From NCBI GenBank assembly GCA_964641775.1, contig CAZXLK010000004.1:1-39965 (forward strand): a stretch of DNA of 39,965 nt, in the 5' to 3' direction. Numbering within the stretch: the first letter of the stretch is position 1; each line of letters begins with the position of its first letter. Positions 37,931 to 39,965 of the stretch are shown here, one piece after another. The notes beneath the pieces were generated by a model. It worked only from the letters and a program-made list of their open reading frames with translations. It was not told the origin of the DNA and made no database searches. The position numbers and the translations under genes are program-made. The DNA is from an uncultured bacterium. GTDB lineage: Bacteria > Chlamydiota > Chlamydiia > Chlamydiales > SM23-39.

Positions 37931-38111
37931 CGTGAACGCTTGCGCTTGCGTTACCGTTACCGACCCGTTCACCCCAACCCATTCCCGATGCTTTCGAAGA
38001 TGATCGGCGTTAACGGGCAAGGATCGGAAAACGGTAACGAATCACGATCGGGAAACGCACAGGGGTCCCCGAAGACGCATCGTCTTTGGGGTGGAAGCGC
38101 AAACGTTCACG
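37931..38111 (+). repeat. Palindromic repeat family A, copy 3 (long form; module at 38062-38093)
   Basis: CGTGAACGCTTGCGCTT...AAGCGCAAACGTTCACG ends. About 60 bp longer in the middle than copies 1 and 2. Confidence 0.92.
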
Positions 38112-38154
38112 GGGTTTCGCAGGTTGAAATTTAACTTTAATAAGGAGAGAAAAT

Positions 38155-38691
38155 ATGACATTAGCAATCAATAACGAATCACAATCGGTAAATGCAAACG
38201 TTCACGGGGTTGTCGGGGATCTACCGGAAAATTTCAATTATGTGATTGAAATCCAAAAGCTCGTAGCTCAAATTCTGATTGAGCAGGGCCGGATGTCTTC
38301 TAATGATCACGACTCGATTGAAAAGATGAAGAAAAAGTATATGGCAGCTACATTAAAATATGCGGATCTTCAAGGCAATTTTGGAACGGCCAATCTATTG
38401 AGTAGCCTGGGAGCTTTTGCCTTATCAAGTACCCGTCTTTTCATGCTCAATGCTGATGATCGAGAAATCGCTAAGGTTCTTGCAGAAAATGTCCCTTCTC
38501 TTTTCGGGATGTATACCTCGGGCATCCAGGCTGAAATGCATAAAGCAAATGCGGAAAGCCAGCTAAAGATGGAAGAATACAGGACCAAAACAGCTGCAAA
38601 GCAATCCGATGGCAATGCAAAACAAGATTATCTCTCCCTTTTGCATTCTGTTCTTGAAAACATGAAACGTGCAAGCCAAGCGGGCGGATAA
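38155..38691 (+). CDS. Coiled-coil protein with one hydrophobic segment, candidate minor T3SS translocator; N-terminus repeat-derived
   Basis: TAAGGAG SD, hydrophobic segment TANLLSSLGAFALSS and a C-terminal amphipathic helix. Confidence 0.6.
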   Translation: MTLAINNESQSVNANVHGVVGDLPENFNYVIEIQKLVAQILIEQGRMSSNDHDSIEKMKKKYMAATLKYADLQGNFGTANLLSSLGAFALSSTRLFMLNADDREIAKVLAENVPSLFGMYTSGIQAEMHKANAESQLKMEEYRTKTAAKQSDGNAKQDYLSLLHSVLENMKRASQAGG

Positions 38692-38742
38692 GGCGTTTGA
38701 CCTGAATGGGCGTTTTCCCTACTATGCCGATGTGGGGGGAAA

Positions 38743-39534
38743 GTGATTGCGATTCGGCAGTTTGCCATTTATCTTGAGATGATTGGGGAGTATGTTTCTT
38801 TGGTCATTGATGTATTTTGGGCTGCTTTAAAAAAACCGCCTCCATGGAGGCTCATCCGCGAGCATTTTTTCCATATCGGAGTGATGTCGTTATCGGTCGT
38901 TGCGATTACCGGTTTTACTACAGGCTTTGTCCTTGCTGCTCAATCGTTTTATCAGCTCGCCGATAAGGGGCTTACAGGAGTTACCGGGGTTCTTGTCGGA
39001 AAAGCGATGATCACAGAGCTTGGACCAATCCTAACCGCATTTATGGTTACGGGAAGGGTCGGATCATCGATGTGCGCAGAGCTCGGTTCGATGAAAGTGA
39101 CCGAGCAAATCGATGCCATGCGTTCAATGGCAGTCAATCCAAATTCCTATCTCGTCGCTCCCCGCTTTATTGCCGGAATTTTTATGATTCCCCTTCTTAC
39201 CCTCTTTACCACCATGATGGGCATTTTTGGAGGCTATCTCATTGCAATCGCCCTTTTTCATATGTCAGCTGCCAGTTATTTCGACCCCATGCGGCTACAC
39301 ATCAGCCTTTTTGATGTCTCAAGCGGCGTGATCAAAGCCTTTATTTTCGGCACTATCCTGGTCACTGTCTGCTGCTACAAAGGGCTGAAAGCAACAGGAG
39401 GCGCTGCAGGCGTTGGCAAAGCAACGACGCAAAGTGTCGTGACCAGCTATATTCTCATTCTTCTTTCCGATTTTGTGTTGACGCTCCTTCTGAATCTGGT
39501 CAATCAAAAACTTAAATATAGCTGGCTGCAGTGA
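38743..39534 (+). CDS. mlaE: MlaE-family ABC permease
   Basis: IGVMSLSVV, ELGPILTAFMVTGRVGSSMCAELGSMKVTEQIDAM, LVAPR and GGAAGVGKATT motifs. Promoter TTGACC-17-TACTAT upstream. Confidence 0.95.
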   Translation: MIAIRQFAIYLEMIGEYVSLVIDVFWAALKKPPPWRLIREHFFHIGVMSLSVVAITGFTTGFVLAAQSFYQLADKGLTGVTGVLVGKAMITELGPILTAFMVTGRVGSSMCAELGSMKVTEQIDAMRSMAVNPNSYLVAPRFIAGIFMIPLLTLFTTMMGIFGGYLIAIALFHMSAASYFDPMRLHISLFDVSSGVIKAFIFGTILVTVCCYKGLKATGGAAGVGKATTQSVVTSYILILLSDFVLTLLLNLVNQKLKYSWLQ

Positions 39535-39965
39535 TCAAAATTCGGAACCTTTGGAAAAAATACGGCACAAATGCAGTTCTTAAAGGACTCAACTTAGATG
39601 TTCAAAATGGGGAAATTTTAGTCATTTTAGGAAGATCGGGTGTAGGTAAAAGCGTCCTTCTTCGCCATATCATTGGAATTGAAAAGCCCGATTGCGGAAC
39701 CATTGATATTGATGGACTTAACATCACTTCCCTGAAAAAAAACGAGCTTTATTCTGCAGTTCAAAACATGGGAATGCTCTTTCAAGGAGCTGCCCTTTTC
39801 GATTCGATGAATATTGAGGAAAATACCGCCTTTTATTTGAAACAGCACGGCTGTCCTCAAGATACATCAGGCAAAAAGTAAAAGAGGCTCTTGCCATGGT
39901 AGGCCTCGATGGAACGGAAAAAAAAATGCCCTCTGATCTATCGGGCGGGATGAGAAAAAGAGCTG
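39531..39965 (+). CDS. mlaF: MlaF-family ABC ATPase, frameshifted near 39865-39880 and running off the window
   Basis: GRSGVGKS and GMLFQGAALFDSM in frame 0 to TAA 39881. The -1 frame continues IRQKVKEALAMVGLDGTEKKMPSDLSGGMRKRA. Confidence 0.9.

Noticed and set aside
5913-38111. 32-bp palindromic module as a possible CRISPR repeat
   Set aside because: Copies are kilobases apart with no repeat-spacer array and no cas genes.
38730-38742. G6 run after an out-of-frame ATG upstream of mlaE (one G fewer would give in-frame MWGKVIAIR), possible phase variation
   Set aside because: The run is short and also serves as an SD for GTG 38743. Needs read data.

Overview
Gene-dense window that reads as an environmental chlamydia (Chlamydiota). 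The evidence is a sucA / CT053-like / hemW block with Chlamydia gene order, a holA-rsmI pair, a chlamydial-type fabI, and several LRR, F-box-like and Inc-like candidate effectors. Housekeeping genes: sucA (runs off the left edge and is absent from the ORF track), hemW, an FKBP PPIase, an S49 peptidase, rsmI, holA, an OsmC protein, a ParA protein, fabI, fliO, floA/nfeD, hemL, tamA/tamB and mlaE/mlaF (mlaF frameshifted near the right edge). A metabolic block carries glucan phosphorylase, a phosphoketolase-HAD-EamA-amino-acid ABC operon and a divergent ackA. No rRNA, tRNA, CRISPR array or transposase was seen. Most interesting signals: (1) three families of intergenic palindromic repeats, with one 32-bp hairpin module nested in two unrelated host repeats and a module-free relic forming the in-frame N-terminus of a gene; (2) tandem paralogous candidate effectors with PP1-docking RVxF-like motifs; (3) an orphan three-gene cluster shaped like a T3SS tip plus translocators; (4) a 68-aa twin-CX3C protein; (5) repeated promoter geometry suggesting leaderless mRNAs. 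All product calls come from motif recognition by eye; no searches were run.
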